From contig ADNK01002591.1 in assembly GCA_000320545.1 (NCBI GenBank), forward strand, positions 1 through 64,000: a stretch of DNA of 64,000 bases, written 5' to 3'. Source of the DNA: Bigelowiella natans CCMP2755. Lineage: Eukaryota > Protista > Cercozoa. A program made the translations under genes and the position numbers. The notes beneath the pieces were generated by a model, which was not told the DNA's origin, ran no database searches, and saw only the letters and a program-made list of their open reading frames with translations. Positions 27,101 through 39,884 of the stretch are shown one piece after another (positions within the stretch are counted from its first letter, which is position 1; each line of letters opens with the position of its first letter).

Positions 27101-30100
27101 AGCCTCTGAAAGGGCCTTTGGATATTTTCGCAAGCGGCTGATGCCCTCCTGCACGTCGGAGGTCCACATAAATTGGATACCAAGGAGCGCGACTTGGCCT
27201 GCGGACTTGTCGATGAAGTCCTTGATTGGCATAGCGTCGTAAGTTGTTGCACCATGGCGCACGATACCCTTGACAGCTTCCATCATTTCTTTGAGGAGCA
27301 CGGTGAGCCAGTCCTCGATGTTTCCCTTCGCAGCAACGGGCTTCTTAAGAGCAACTTTTTCAGCCTCTTTGCGCTTAGTGTTCATGATGTACTCGATGTT
27401 GTTTCCTTTGAACTCCACCCGATTCACTGCAGCAAACACTTTCTCAAAACAACTTTGTACTGCGTCTTTGTCGGAACCCTGCGATAATATGTCTAAGAGA
27501 GCCGTATCGGAAACAAAATAGAAACGTGGAAATCGTGATCGCTTCTTTTCTAAATATCCGGTCAGAGATTTCTGGCACTGCTCAAGATCTGCACGCATCT
27601 CCTTCAAGAGGTTCACAACGTACTCATCCTCACAACACTGTGCGACGTTCTTGACTTCCTTTGCCTTCTCCATGAGTCCAGAGCACCATTCCTTGTCTCT
27701 CTTCTGGAACACACGCGTATCCTTAGGAAGGGCGCGCATGATATCTCCGGCGGTAAAGACGGCTTCGAGTGATCTCCACATGACTTGTACCTTGAGCCAG
27801 CGATCTAGAGTCTCGTTGACACGAGTAAGCTTTTGGGCAAACTTCTCGGCGCGTTCCCTGAACGGCTTGATGTGCTTGTTTGCGAGCAAACCGGAAGCCG
27901 CACCTTGCGACTCCTCGAGTTCAGTTTGAATATCGTTCATACGGTCTCCCTTGAAGATCACATCGCCCCTGTTTTTCCAGGGTGCAAAGTCGAATTCAAA
28001 GGCGTCCCACTTGCGCTCCTCAGCGGTGAGAAGATTCTCAACCTTCAGTTGCTTCTCGGAAGCGTCGCAGATCTCGGCAATCTCATCTTTGTTCTCGATG
28101 GAGGAAAAGAGAGCGTCCATAACCTTCTTGAGCTTCATTTCTCCGAAGTCAGACATTTTAAACTCGGTCTTGGTCCAGTGCGAGACTTCGTCCCAGTGAC
28201 GCTGTTTCATAGCTGGTCGTGCAAGCTCGGTGAGAAGTGGCAAGATCTGATTGAAGTCCTCGAGCTTCTGTTTCAGATCTACATAAGCCTGCCATCCTCG
28301 GAGTTTCTTGGGCATTGATTTACATCGTTTCTCGAAGCCTTCTACAGTCGCGGTCATCTCTTCAATATTGGCAACAACCTCGCCCCAAAAGAGGTCACTG
28401 TATGTGTCAATGGTGTTGAGAACGTCGTTGTATAGGCCATAAAGCTTATCAAGCAGCTTCAGCTGGCCCTCTGCAACGCCAAGAGTTGGATAGCTCTTTC
28501 TTGGGAGTCCGAACAATCTCTCGCCCTCTCCGTAGAGCTTCATCTTGCGGTTGAGAGTTGCAAACTCGCGTTGGAATTTCTTAAGACGGGAAGTCGCGAC
28601 CTTAGGGTCAATTCCCTGCACCATTGGCCCATTTGCCTGGTAGTCTTCGTCGAAGTCCTTGACGTCAGTTTGGAACTGAGCAACTTGATCGACTAGACTG
28701 GTCTTGTACGGTCCCTTAATCGTGCTGATGTGTTGGAAAGTCTCCTCTGAGCGAGTTAGGATTTCGTGCCACATACGCCTCAGGTTATTCTCAGCATCTT
28801 CCTCGGTCTTGTCGAGCTTGATGTACTTGCTAAGGACACCTAATCGCTCGAATATCTTCACAAAGCGGGACTCCATGCTAGACTGTGCTGCACGAATATT
28901 GGCCTGGGCATTCATAACGTTATTGAGGGACATAATATCCTTAATCTCACGATCAAGACCCTCTCCAAGCTCTTTGAGTTCCACCTTGAGGTCATCCAGC
29001 TTGGTATTGGCTTCCTTGTACAACTTTTTCGAGAAGGAGATCTTCCACTCAACCACCTCCTTGTTGAGACCCTGCTTGAGCTTATCGGTGAGAAGCAAGA
29101 GTGGGCCGTGGGAGGTGGTATCGGTGAAGTTTTTGATAAGTCCTTCCTGCTTGACGAAGGAGCGAAGCTTGTTGACGTAGTCGTCGATGATGAGGCCGGG
29201 CTGCCTAACGAAGGCCTCGTACTCAGCCTGTGGGTTGCCCTCCCAGAGCCACTTGAACTTGTAGAAAGGTTCCAGATTAGCGTTCATAGATTCTTCGTGC
29301 TGTCCCATGCAACTTTCGATTTTGGTCATAAGTTGGCTGACGTTGTCAACGAGACGCTCATAGAGAGTTTGGCGCGGTACAACTTTTCCATCCTCACTGA
29401 CACCCCAATCCATCAGCTTCTCTCCAGGCATCAACATACAGTTCTTGACTTGGTTCACGCCTTTCTGTACAGCCTCCACGGTCGGTGAGAGCACGATCTT
29501 AGGGGCCTGAAGCTTGAGATTTACCTCAAAAAGTGGTTCCTTCGATTCGAGCTTTCCCATGAAATAGGTCATCGAGTTAAGGAGAGACTTTAGGACAGCA
29601 TCATAAAACATCTGACCGAAGTAGTGTCGCACACGGTTTTGCTCCAGGGAAGACGGAGCAGGAATGCGGCGAATCTTTGCGTCGTTAGCAATCTTTTTGC
29701 ACACGTCGTACACACCGCGCTCAATCTCAAGATTCTTTTCTAATAAGACTTCACAGCACTGCACCGAGTACTTTTTCTGTTCGTTCACGAACTCGCCGAT
29801 TTTGTACGTTGTGTCCTTAGAGATCTTTACAAGGAGAATGGTCTCCACGAACTTGGTATTACTCATAATAACATTGTCAATGATGTTATACACGAGATCC
29901 TTCAAAGCTCTAAATTCGTCGATGGCGGTATTGACTTTGAGGAGGAAGGAATCAATACTTAACGACGTCCATCTAAGGCGGGTCTTGCCTGCAGCAACGA
30001 CCGACTTCAGGTGGCGTATATGCGCTGAGAATAGTTCCTTGACGGGAGTACTTGGCAGAGTTACAGCATCATTGTACCTTTGCACTGTGTTGGTGACCTT

Positions 30101-32931
30101 CACCTTGTACCGCTGGAGTTGGTCCTTGAGCAAAATCACATTTTTCATAGCACTAGGGATCTCGAAGCCCATGTTTCCAAGGTGCCTAGCTTCTTTCATG
30201 TGACGCGTAATACTTGGCTCGAAGTTGACTAGAAGCTTGTTCTTTTGAGAGGCGACAATGGGGGTCCAAAGCTTTTTCTTGGCATCAGAAGCTGCCTTCT
30301 TCCAGTTCCCATAGTGCGTGATCTCGAACTTGATCAATTGCTCAGCAAGATCGTTGAAGACACGGACTGTACGCTTAGCCTCGCGTCCTCCCCCGCCCTC
30401 TCGGCGAGCGAAGATCTTGAGCCCATGTGGTGAGTGCTTAAAAGCCATCATCGGATCTGTGATAGTGCGAAGAAGCTGGCGCGACCAATGGATCGAACCT
30501 GCTACTTTGGTCATATTTCTAGCGGTTGGTGGGCGGGTGCTATATTTTGAGAATAACGTCTTGATGTCGTTGCCATTCTTGTTGGCGAGGAGACGCCCGT
30601 AGATCTGGAACAAAGTCATGTATTTGTCTTCAAGGTCCCTTCGGAGCGACTCCTGGCGAATGACGTTATCGAAGTTCGCCATAATGTTGATCTTTTTCAT
30701 AATTGGTGCCCTTGAGTTAATTGCAGTTGAAATAAGTTCTTCCACCGCAGTTTCGACTCTGGAGTTCATCATGTTAAACTCGACAAAGTCCCTTTCAAAT
30801 GCAGAATTGTTGTAATCCAGCAAATCGTGCTCTCGTAGACTAAAGTCTCGGACGACCTGGTTGAACTCGGTCAGAATAGTATCAATGCCATCAATGTGGT
30901 GATCTTTGAACAACTTGTATTGTTCCATAGCGGAAAACATATCGTGGAGCTTCTCAGCTCTTTGAATGAAGTCGTGGAAGTGATTGAAGATGCGCTTCAG
31001 GTTAAAAGATGCGAATGATTTCTTATACGAAGGGGCAGCTATCTTCTTCTCTCCAGACTTCTTTTCCTTGCTGACCTCTTCAGCTGCCATATGAAATTGC
31101 TTGACATATGCATCGCGAAGCTGAATCGATTCCTCAAGATTTTTTACTACGTCACTTGACTTGCGATCCCAGATTAGTGAAACCCGGTTCCCGCCGTACA
31201 CCACTTGCTTGCATCTCGTCACAAGCTGGTTAGTGATGCGAGCAAAGAGGTTTGTCATTCGAATTGTCTTGCCGTAATGGCGAGAGAGAATGTATATCAT
31301 CTTCATGTTGCTCATTATCACGGGAAGAAGTTCCTTAATATTGACTAAGTCGCTCTCGTAGCATGGTTTCATAGCTTTTCCCAACTTAGTAAGAAAGCGC
31401 GAGCTATCCTTAGCCTCATTTAGAGCATGTGTGAGTGACATGTTCATCTCCCGCCACTCTGCGAGAAGTTTTTTGGTTGTATCTATTGATGCGAGCAACT
31501 CCGCTTTCTCGGGCTTCTTCGCCGGCTCCGCGTGCTCGTTGAGTACGCCGAAGACGGTTCGGCTGTTGGGATCATTAAGTGCCTCTGTAGCATTTGTTAA
31601 TGTTAGTTGCCTGCGGTTCCAGAAACTAATTTCAACTTCAGGTCCCGTGGTGTTCCCTGGCTCAAGAAGTTCATTGCTCTTATCTTCCGCAATATACGTG
31701 GTAAGCTCATTTATCCAGGTGGTGAGTACTTTCCGGCAACTTTTTACAGTTGCTTCTGATTTTGCGGCTGCCTTGTACCCCTTTGGCGACTGTTCTATAT
31801 TGTCAAGATTGGGAATAGCTAGGGCAATATCGCCTTTGAGGTTGGCGATCGATTCTTTCAAGCTTTCTTCAAATTTCGCAGTTTGTTCGACTAGGACCTA
31901 AGAAGAAAAGAAGAAAAAAATATTTTTCAACCTTCCAGAAAATGTCCTTCGTTTTAGGGAAAACATCGCACAATGTAGATACTACACTTGACCATACATT
32001 TCCTATCCTACCTGTCTCTTTTCATCAGTGACTTTTCCTAGCTTGACACTTTTGAGAAGTGGCTCGAAAATCTGTTCGACAGTGTCGGAAAAGGGACCGA
32101 GGGCATTTGTATGGAAAACGCCCGAGATAAGATCCTTGTCAACTTTTGTCTTCACTTTGATAGGAGCATCGGTAAGACGAAGGAAGTACAAGAACTTGCC
32201 AGTGATCTCGGTTGGGTCAGTCGTAAGTTTCAAGGGCACAACTTTACGTCTCTCAACACCACCTACGAAGAGTTACGAAGTTTTATGTGATTCAAATGAT
32301 TTTTATTTATCTCCACAGCTTTATACTATTTTACATAACAGTATACAATTTAAAACAAGTGCTTGTATGTACAAAATAGGGAATACTCTAGCTTGATTGG
32401 ATACATGTAGCCTACCTTTTTTCTTCTTCTTCTTTTTTCCTTTTCCATCGTCCTTTTCTTCAGCCACTTCCTCATATACGCAATACCTTAATTGAGATAA
32501 AGGAAGATTAGAGGGAAGATTTTAGTTACACATTTGCGATTCATATCCTGTTAGTTCCTTCAGAATAAAAATATTCAGACTGTGAGAACTGTGAGAAGTG
32601 TTGGGCTAGAGAAATACAATTACTTTTTGGATGTGCCTTGCTCCAAGAATTTGACGAGTTCCTTTTTCTCCCTGATTGAGAAGAGTATATTATAATAAGG
32701 ATAAACAAAGTATTGGTTCAAATTCTTATTTGAAATTGAAAGGGTTTCTCGTCTCGCTCAAATTATAATATTTCATTTCACAAATTATAGATGTGCAAAG
32801 GGCAATCCCAGCAGAGTATCCAATATCATTAGCTACCCGGAAACAAATTCCTTGGCGGGTTCCAATTCCATAAAGAAAGTCTCTGCAATCTCCCCCGCCA
32901 TCCATTCCAGCCGCGGTGCTAACGTCGCCAT
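18197..32931 (-). CDS. Axonemal outer-arm dynein heavy chain, gamma type (DNAH5/DNAH8/ODA2-like)
   Basis: 4554-aa ORF with P-loops GPAGTGKT, GPAGGGKT, GSPGTAKT and GVGGSGRQ, plus WGCFDEFNRI, a stalk coiled-coil and C-terminal CPVY..RRTDLNFI..YWVKMGVAMLC. The long N-terminal tail (GPEVEISFW) fits the gamma class. Four small 5' exons start at MATLAPRLEWM (ATG 32931); the terminal exon is 18197-31897. Confidence 0.96.
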
Positions 32932-34218
32932 CTTGCCGAATCACAGCCCTATCCTTTGGAATTCAAGAACGAAGCAATCAATTAACGCTTATTGTTTACT
33001 GCGATGATGGACATCGATAATGCATATCCAGAAGCATCGATTTCCCCTATATTTTTCAATGTTATTCTAGCTAACATGTATACAGAGCCACAGTGCACAA
33101 AACCAACCTGTGGCGCAAGTAGATTCTAGGATATCCGGTTTCTTTCCGGTTTTTCAGATCTCTCTCTCCCTCCCTCTCTCTTATATTAGAATATCCCTTA
33201 ACCCCTTTTGTGTTCGGGTAGTGATATCCTAAGAAAAAGGCCTTAAGGCAGCAAGTATTGGGGGGCGGGCGAGAGAGGTTTTTTCAAAGTCTGGTTGAAA
33301 ACGCCAACCGAACAAACCCTTATAAGATTAGGTCTACGCGGTTGTATAAGCATTACCATAAAATCTAATATATTTATGAAATTATATTGGAAAAAACATT
33401 GTCGTTAATCTAAATTTAGCGTAACTTCAAAATATTTTGCAGAGCCGAGAAAAGAGATAATATTATATTGGTCCTAAGATCGCCCTCACAGAAATATAAT
33501 TCGATGGGATTACTAATTATAATGTATCTTACAAATACGACTGCTACAAATATAATATTATGTTAAATTAGTCAATCATTTAGTACTGTTTGATTTATTC
33601 TAAGGTCTTGTTGGAATCGAACTGCTGGAAACGATTGAGCCAATTTAGGATGTTTTAACACGTATCTGACTCAAAATTCAACATAATGGCCTGTATCGTC
33701 AAATTTGATCGAAGTTTAAAAGCCTATGGCAGTTACCTACATATTCTGTCCTCGCGAAATTTTATTTACCGAATTATTTTAATTTTGCCCAGCAGATGGT
33801 AAAAAGCTTTGCATTTTCTTCTGCACATTGACGAAATAATAATTAGAAAACTAAAAAAGCGGACTCCGGAATTCTCCGATCCTAAAGTATCACTGCGTCT
33901 AAAAGTAATGTTATAGTCGAATCAAATCTAGTTAAATATAATAATACGACATCAGTAATGAGCTATTAATATAACATAGTAGACACATTTTAGTTTATTT
34001 AATTTTTTAGAAGGTCCCACAAAGATCTCATTTATTTTTTCAGAAAACTTTGGAAATCTTGTGCTTGTCGGTATCTACAATACAACATATAAAATGTTAT
34101 AACGACATCAGTATATCACGAAATTAGAGTATAAAATAAGGTATCGCAGCAAAGCATTCTACCTGTTGCAGCTGAAACAGTATCCTTCGCGCATATACTT
34201 GCACATCACAAGACCACC

Positions 34219-34659
34219 ATGGGAACTGGTTCGCACCCCCCCCGTTCACCCTCCTTTTTGCTCTTTCTCCTAGATATTTTGGACCAATATTTGCGAAGTT
34301 TAATGTGAAACTTGTGTAGCTATTTTGTTAATGAAAAGAGTGAGGGAAGGGGAGGGTATTCAGGCCTGATAGTTGAAATGGTAAATCAGGTAAACCAAGA
34401 GGAATCAAAGCTGCTCGTAAGCTCCGAAGCCACCGCCGTGTGTCCAAATGGGCTCAAAAATCCTACAACAAGGGTCACTCTCAGGCTCGTTACAACAAGC
34501 AGCTCTACAACTTGGCTTCACACGCGAAGGGAATCGTCGTTGAGAAGGTGAGTGCGTGCCTGCAGAGAATTCAATTAAAGTGACGTATAATTACAAACGT
34601 GATTAGCTCTATCTATGTCATATGTCGCACCTCTACATAGACTAATTATTATTATATTA

Positions 34660-34720
<61 letters not shown>

Positions 34721-34910
34721 TCTCTCTTTTCCCTCTCGCTTCTTTCTCTCTCCACACACTCTCCGTCCTTTCCCCCCCTTTCTCTCCCTTCTTCTAGTTC
34801 CTCTCTCCACCTTTCTCTCTCCCTTCACCTTTCTCACTCCCACTCTCCATATTTATTCTTTCTTTCCCTCTCTCTCTCTCCCCCCCCCTTCTCTCTCTGT
34901 GTGTGTGTCG

Positions 34911-34948
<38 letters not shown>

Positions 34949-35321
34949 AATAGAGAGAGAGAAAGAAAGAAATAATATGTTTTAATTGCTGCAAGGCAAG
35001 GGGAATAATCGTAAGGCATTATTTTAAGCGAATATCCTTATCATAATTCAGGTTGGTATCGAGGCCAAGCAGCCTAACTCAGCTATTCGTAAATGCGTGC
35101 GTGTGCAGCTGATTAAGAACGGAAAGAAAGTTACAGCATTCGTTCCAAACGACGGTTGTTTGAACTTCGTAGATGAAAACGACGAAGTTCTAGTGTCTGG
35201 ATTCGGTCGATCCGGTCACGCTGTGGGTGATATTCCCGGTGTTCGTTTTAAGGTTGTGAAGGTAGCAGGTGTCGGTCTGCTCTCCCTTTTCAAAGAAAAG
35301 AAGGACAAGCCACGTTCGTAA
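34219..35321 (+). CDS. RPS23: 40S ribosomal protein S23 (uS12), three exons
   Basis: Exons about 34219-34228, 34390-34547 and 35052-35321 give [20 protein letters not shown]...[46 protein letters not shown]...[14 protein letters not shown]...KPRS. Confidence 0.98.
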
Positions 35322-36187
35322 GGAATTGCAAAGTTACTTCGATCGTTAATTACCTCTCCCATTAGAACCAGATGCAGCAGGAGCAGCAGCGCATGCTAAC
35401 TGTTTCACTGCTTTCACCCATCACCATCATCAACGTCCTAGAATGTGAATAAAATTATTTCACTGCTAAACAATGTAACATGATGCACATAGCCACGCAT
35501 GTATGTGTTCGGACGTTTCGACCTGCGAGTTGCGAGCTAGATCCAGTGAACGTATCAATGTGAATCCCCGCACCATGTCAGCATGCCCATTTTCTCAAAT
35601 GCCAAAAATGATGAACAAAACGTGGTGAGCGCTGTATTGATGCAGCTGCCGTCTCTAGATGTAAATCTTTACTCATGTAGCCAAATGACAAATTTCATGC
35701 AAATTTAGGCGGTGTCGCGCACGCTCTAGATGTCGCAGTAGTACTATCTAGCTATAGAGTGTAGTGCATAAAAATTGTTTTCTCGCGCGATGCATATAGC
35801 CACACACACAGAGCATGCGCGACCATATATGGACGACGCACAATCTGCATGTCGATCATGCAAGAGTCAAGAATGGCGCTGTCTAGCTGTGATGCATTTA
35901 CACGCACATGTGTGCAGCAGCACGTCGCGTACTGTACTCTACTAGTCCATAGTGCTGAGATGCTTGCGCGGAGTGCACATGCGTGTCCAATAACGTACAC
36001 GTACACGCGAAGTCGTACGTGGTGTCGCATCGCCATCATTGATTCGCCGTGTGCTCCATGTGCAAATAATGATGTTGGAAGCTGCAAATGTGTGAAGACG
36101 ATGCAGAAGCTTACACAATATGTCAAAATACAGCTAGACAGATTACAGACTTCGCAATGTAAATGTTTACTCTAACAATAATCTTTC

Positions 36188-37171
36188 TCAAAGTCTGTGA
36201 GAAGATATTTCTGATTTTCTGGAGATAGTGCCATCCGAAAACAAATTTATTGATGGCTTAGAGAAATCTTCAAAAGTCCAATGCGTAATTTCCAGATTGT
36301 CGATGTGATAAACAGGGTTTCCACGGAAATATCGGGTAGGATCTAGGTCTTTGAACAAAGTTATGGTTTGATTTTCCGCTGCAAATTGTTCTCCGTCTCC
36401 GAACAAGTGTCGAAATGAGACCCGTTTCACTCCCATCTCAATACATCTATCAATATATTGATCTAAATCTGGAATGTTTTCGCTTGTAAGTACACATGAG
36501 AGTTTAATAGGAATTTGAGAATATTGCATAAGAAATTTTATGTTCGGCATCGTTTTAACTCCATGCAGAGATTTGAACTTCGCAGGATCGAAGGTGTTGA
36601 CTGAGACTGTACATGTATCGTACTTATTTAATAGATCTATCTTTTTCTGGGCCAAAAGTCCGTTTGTATGGAGAGAAATGTGGCAACCAGGGATTTCTAA
36701 GCGTAAAATTTCAAGCAAGTCTCCTTCGTATTTGTACAGCTGAGGATCCGTGCGAGTACCCGTAAGAATAATCTTCTTGGTTCCAGATTCGTTCATTAGT
36801 TTCACAAATTTACCAAAGTTTTTTATGTTGCTTGGAACAGTTTTTAGATTGGTTGGTGTCAGCCATTTCGGCAGCTGCTTCCCAATACAAAAGGGACATT
36901 TTTGATTACACGGGCCACCGAAAAGTATGTTTCCAAACTCGTAGCGAGTTTCCTGTAATGGTATTTGCTCCTGCCTTTGGATACTAGAAAACGAGAATTT
37001 TTTACAGTTTCTAGGGAGGGAGGCCTTTCTGTAGATGATCCTACCTAGTGGAGTGAGAGAGGTGAAGGTGTACATGCTGATTTTCGGCAGCAAATTCCCA
37101 GAACGGTAGTCCTCCTCGGAGCCGGAGAAGAAAAGAAAAGCCGACAAAGTGAGAAACGATCTGTATCTCAT
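36188..37171 (-). CDS. Radical SAM superfamily protein, intronless, bacterial-like
   Basis: CxxxCxxC motif (CNQKCPFC), ILTGTRTDP (GGEP-equivalent) and ISLHTNG. The N-terminal extension from the second Met is Arg/Ser-rich and lacks acidic residues. Confidence 0.88.
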   Translation of the reverse strand: MRYRSFLTLSAFLFFSGSEEDYRSGNLLPKISMYTFTSLTPLGRIIYRKASLPRNCKKFSFSSIQRQEQIPLQETRYEFGNILFGGPCNQKCPFCIGKQLPKWLTPTNLKTVPSNIKNFGKFVKLMNESGTKKIILTGTRTDPQLYKYEGDLLEILRLEIPGCHISLHTNGLLAQKKIDLLNKYDTCTVSVNTFDPAKFKSLHGVKTMPNIKFLMQYSQIPIKLSCVLTSENIPDLDQYIDRCIEMGVKRVSFRHLFGDGEQFAAENQTITLFKDLDPTRYFRGNPVYHIDNLEITHWTFEDFSKPSINLFSDGTISRKSEISSHRL

Positions 37172-37307
37172 TAATTTGGATCAATTAAGGTTGTCGCATT
37201 GAAAAATTGGATCTAGTAAGGACCGCATGTTCAAATCTATTTGAACGAACAAAATTCTTAAAATATTGAACTGACCCCACATGAAAGTTCCGCGAGCATT
37301 CTGACGA

Positions 37308-38921
37308 ATGCAGATCAACGGGGGGGTTTCTCAAATGTTCAGAGCTACAGCTACCCAATGGAAATCACATGGAGAAAGGATGGTGCGACGGTTGCTGCTC
37401 TCAACGAAGGCCATTCCTAATGAAATGCTAGGAGAAAAGTGGGCAACCCCCACGCTTGAGGATTCGGCTCGATGTTCAGCAAAGGATGTATTTGAAGCTG
37501 GTGTACGACATCACCACACCGCCAACACAGCTTATCCTATAGCCCACCAAATTACAACAATGCCATACCGAGTACGTCGTACCCCATCATAGAACGAGAT
37601 GAAGGAGGTGTTGGTCTCCGCATATGGACATCTGGATGAAATGATGCTTTACGTACATGTTCCTTTCTGTGCACAAAGATGCCAATTTTGTGAGTATACG
37701 GTTGTAGATCCTAAAAACGGAAAACAGGATACAGTACAAGATCGCTACTTTGATGCTCTGCTGAATGAATTCGAACTGTATGATGAATTGCTCGACACAA
37801 ACTCCAAGAAACTTGCTGGATTTGATATCGGTGGCGGAACTCCATCAATGGCAAGCATCGCGAACATTGCACGAGTGATGGATAAGGCACATCAGTGCTT
37901 TGATATCGAGTTGAAGAATATGAATATATCTATCGAAACAACCCCAAAAATTGCTGCTCATGATCCAGACAAAATCAAAGCATACTTCGATATGGGAATT
38001 CGAAGAATAAGCATGGGAGTGCAAACAACAGATTTTGCACTTTCAGAAAAACTTGGTCGGCATGATATTGACTATATTAGAAAAGCTCGGGATAACATAA
38101 GGGGTGCTGGGTTTGAATCGTTTAATGTTGACCTGATGTACGGGTTTCCACTCCGTGACGGCGCAAACGACAAATGGGCTGATACCGTCGAATCTACAAT
38201 CAACATAATCCAGCCAGATCATATCACCTTGTATAGAATGAGATATAAAGGCACTAAGATGGCTCATCTTCAGGAGCGTGTTGGATTGCAACAAATAAAT
38301 TCTCAAGGTGACAGAGCGGTGCGGATTCTTGATGAGGCCGGATACAGAGGTTGGGTTGGGAAAAACACGTTCTCAAGGCTACTTGGAGATTCTGGATGCT
38401 CCGATTATTTAGACAAACGTGTAGTCGCAGGAATTCCGTACATCGGTTTAGGGCTTGGTGCGCAATCGTTCTCGCACAGTACTCTAGCCTACAATCTAGG
38501 GGGTGTGACAAAGCGAATGGAGCAATACCTTAAATCAATCCAACTTGGAAGGATTCCTATTCAGGATTTATATCACCTCTCATTACCCAGTGCGATGGGG
38601 AAATTTTGTAGTGTTTCTTTCTACTTTGGAAGTATTAATTTAATGCACTTTCAGAATAATTTTGGAATTCTTTTGGAAGAAGCCTTTCCTGAAGAAGTTG
38701 AATTTGTTCTAGAAAAGGGACTCATGAAATACGTGGAAGATCGTTTAGCTTTGACAAAGAAAGGAAAGGCCCATATCTCCGGTGTAATATCTCTTTTTTA
38801 TGCTCCACATGTGCAGAAGTACTTAATTCAGGGTCAAGGCCATGAAGACCAAATTGACCCACGACGAGATCACCCATTCACCGTTCTCAAAGGAGCTTCA
38901 GGTCATTCTGAAAGAATTTGA
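37308..38921 (+). CDS. HemN/HemW-like (class C) radical SAM protein; the frame is interrupted by one TAG at 37590-37592
   Basis: LYVHVPFCAQRCQFC, DIGGGTPS, IRRISMGVQT, NVDLMYGFP, PDHITLY, YIGLGLGAQS and a HemN_C-like tail (LALTKKG). ORFs 37308-37592 and 37599-38921 are in the same frame. Confidence 0.88.
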
Positions 38922-38924
38922 GGC

Positions 38925-39750
38925 TCACAACCTGTTAGAAGTTGGTCAGCTAATGGCACGGAGTGCAGGGCAGATTGCGCTGTGGGCTGGCAGGTTGCGG
39001 AGGAGGGGCAAGCAGTGGTTTGGATTCTGTGATGATGACGACATGGTGTTTCATGCATGCTGCACAATGTCAAGACTCATCAAGGCGAAATTGCCTGAAC
39101 AAACATGTGCGCCGGCAGCGCTGAACTTTGATGGGGGCGAAACAGCCCATCGACTCATGAGAGGTTAGCTCTCATTGGTCAGCAGCCACTGCACGCATTG
39201 TCGCGGCAGTTCATCGAAGTCGCACATTGCACTTCGGCTGCATTCTCAACTACGTGCACGTTGCTTGTCGCAGCCAATGAACGCCCGCAGATTGCTCTGG
39301 CGTTGCTGCTGCTGGTGCAAGCATGCACTGCGTGGTCTGGATGCAAAGCATTCCAACAGAGCGCAAACGATCCAAAAGAGATCCTAGGCCAGCTCTGAGC
39401 AAAGATTGGGCTTGGCAAGGAAATTGGGTTTTCAGACTCCACATGAAAGTCAAGGTCGCGCTCAGTGCCATGTGCAATGCGTCATCACGATGCTCTTGTT
39501 GTGGTCTGTCCGCCTTTTGTCCGTCTCGTTTCAAGGCTAGGTTGGCTGCAGTGCGCTGCTCGTTCACATTGCATCAGTGTACATGCTGGCATGGCATGAG
39601 CAAGTTGCGACTTGCCGACTGCTAGCTTTGCAAAGGCAACATGCACCACGCTAGCACGCCCACCGGCTGCGAGTGCGCACGTGCGGTGCCTCGTGCTCGC
39701 TCAGGGCACATCTGTCTGGTCGGGCAGACGGCAACATGCTAGCATGGGCG
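38925..39750. other. TpA-depleted island 1 (probable decayed repeat) between convergent genes
   Basis: 9 TpA counted in 38941-39750: CTAG x5, CTAA, CTAC, TTAG, GTAC. Sharp left edge right after the HemN-like stop codon. Confidence 0.8.
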
Positions 39751-39884
39751 CACATAATTCGATTCTCAAGTGTGGCTAAGCATGGTTGCGATGCAATGTC
39801 ATTTGTTCAAATCTGTATATCTGAGCACGTTTGCACAACGTGCCATAGTGCCTCGCTGGTTGGAGAAGCGGCTCGCAGCCGTCG

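Noticed and set aside
18220-31901. Numerous short ORFs antisense or out of frame within the dynein exon
   Set aside because: Shadow ORFs of a long, codon-biased CDS with no independent motifs.
37590-37592. Genome-wide UAG reassignment (alternative genetic code)
   Set aside because: TAG appears to terminate the methyltransferase (54956-54958) and the FAH-like gene, and the 4554-codon dynein ORF has no in-frame TAG.
36188-38921. Bacterial contamination or chimeric contig at the radical SAM pair
   Set aside because: The genes are divergent rather than operonic, have eukaryote-style N-terminal extensions, and fit the local strand-alternation pattern and spacer composition. Read-level confirmation is still advisable.
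38842-39625. Cluster of overlapping Cys/His-rich ORFs on both strands (also 55393-56599 and 62016-62792)
   Set aside because: Loss of TpA removes TAA and most TAG stops and turns Tyr into Cys or His, inflating spurious ORFs. Only the LINE remnant has a recognisable motif.
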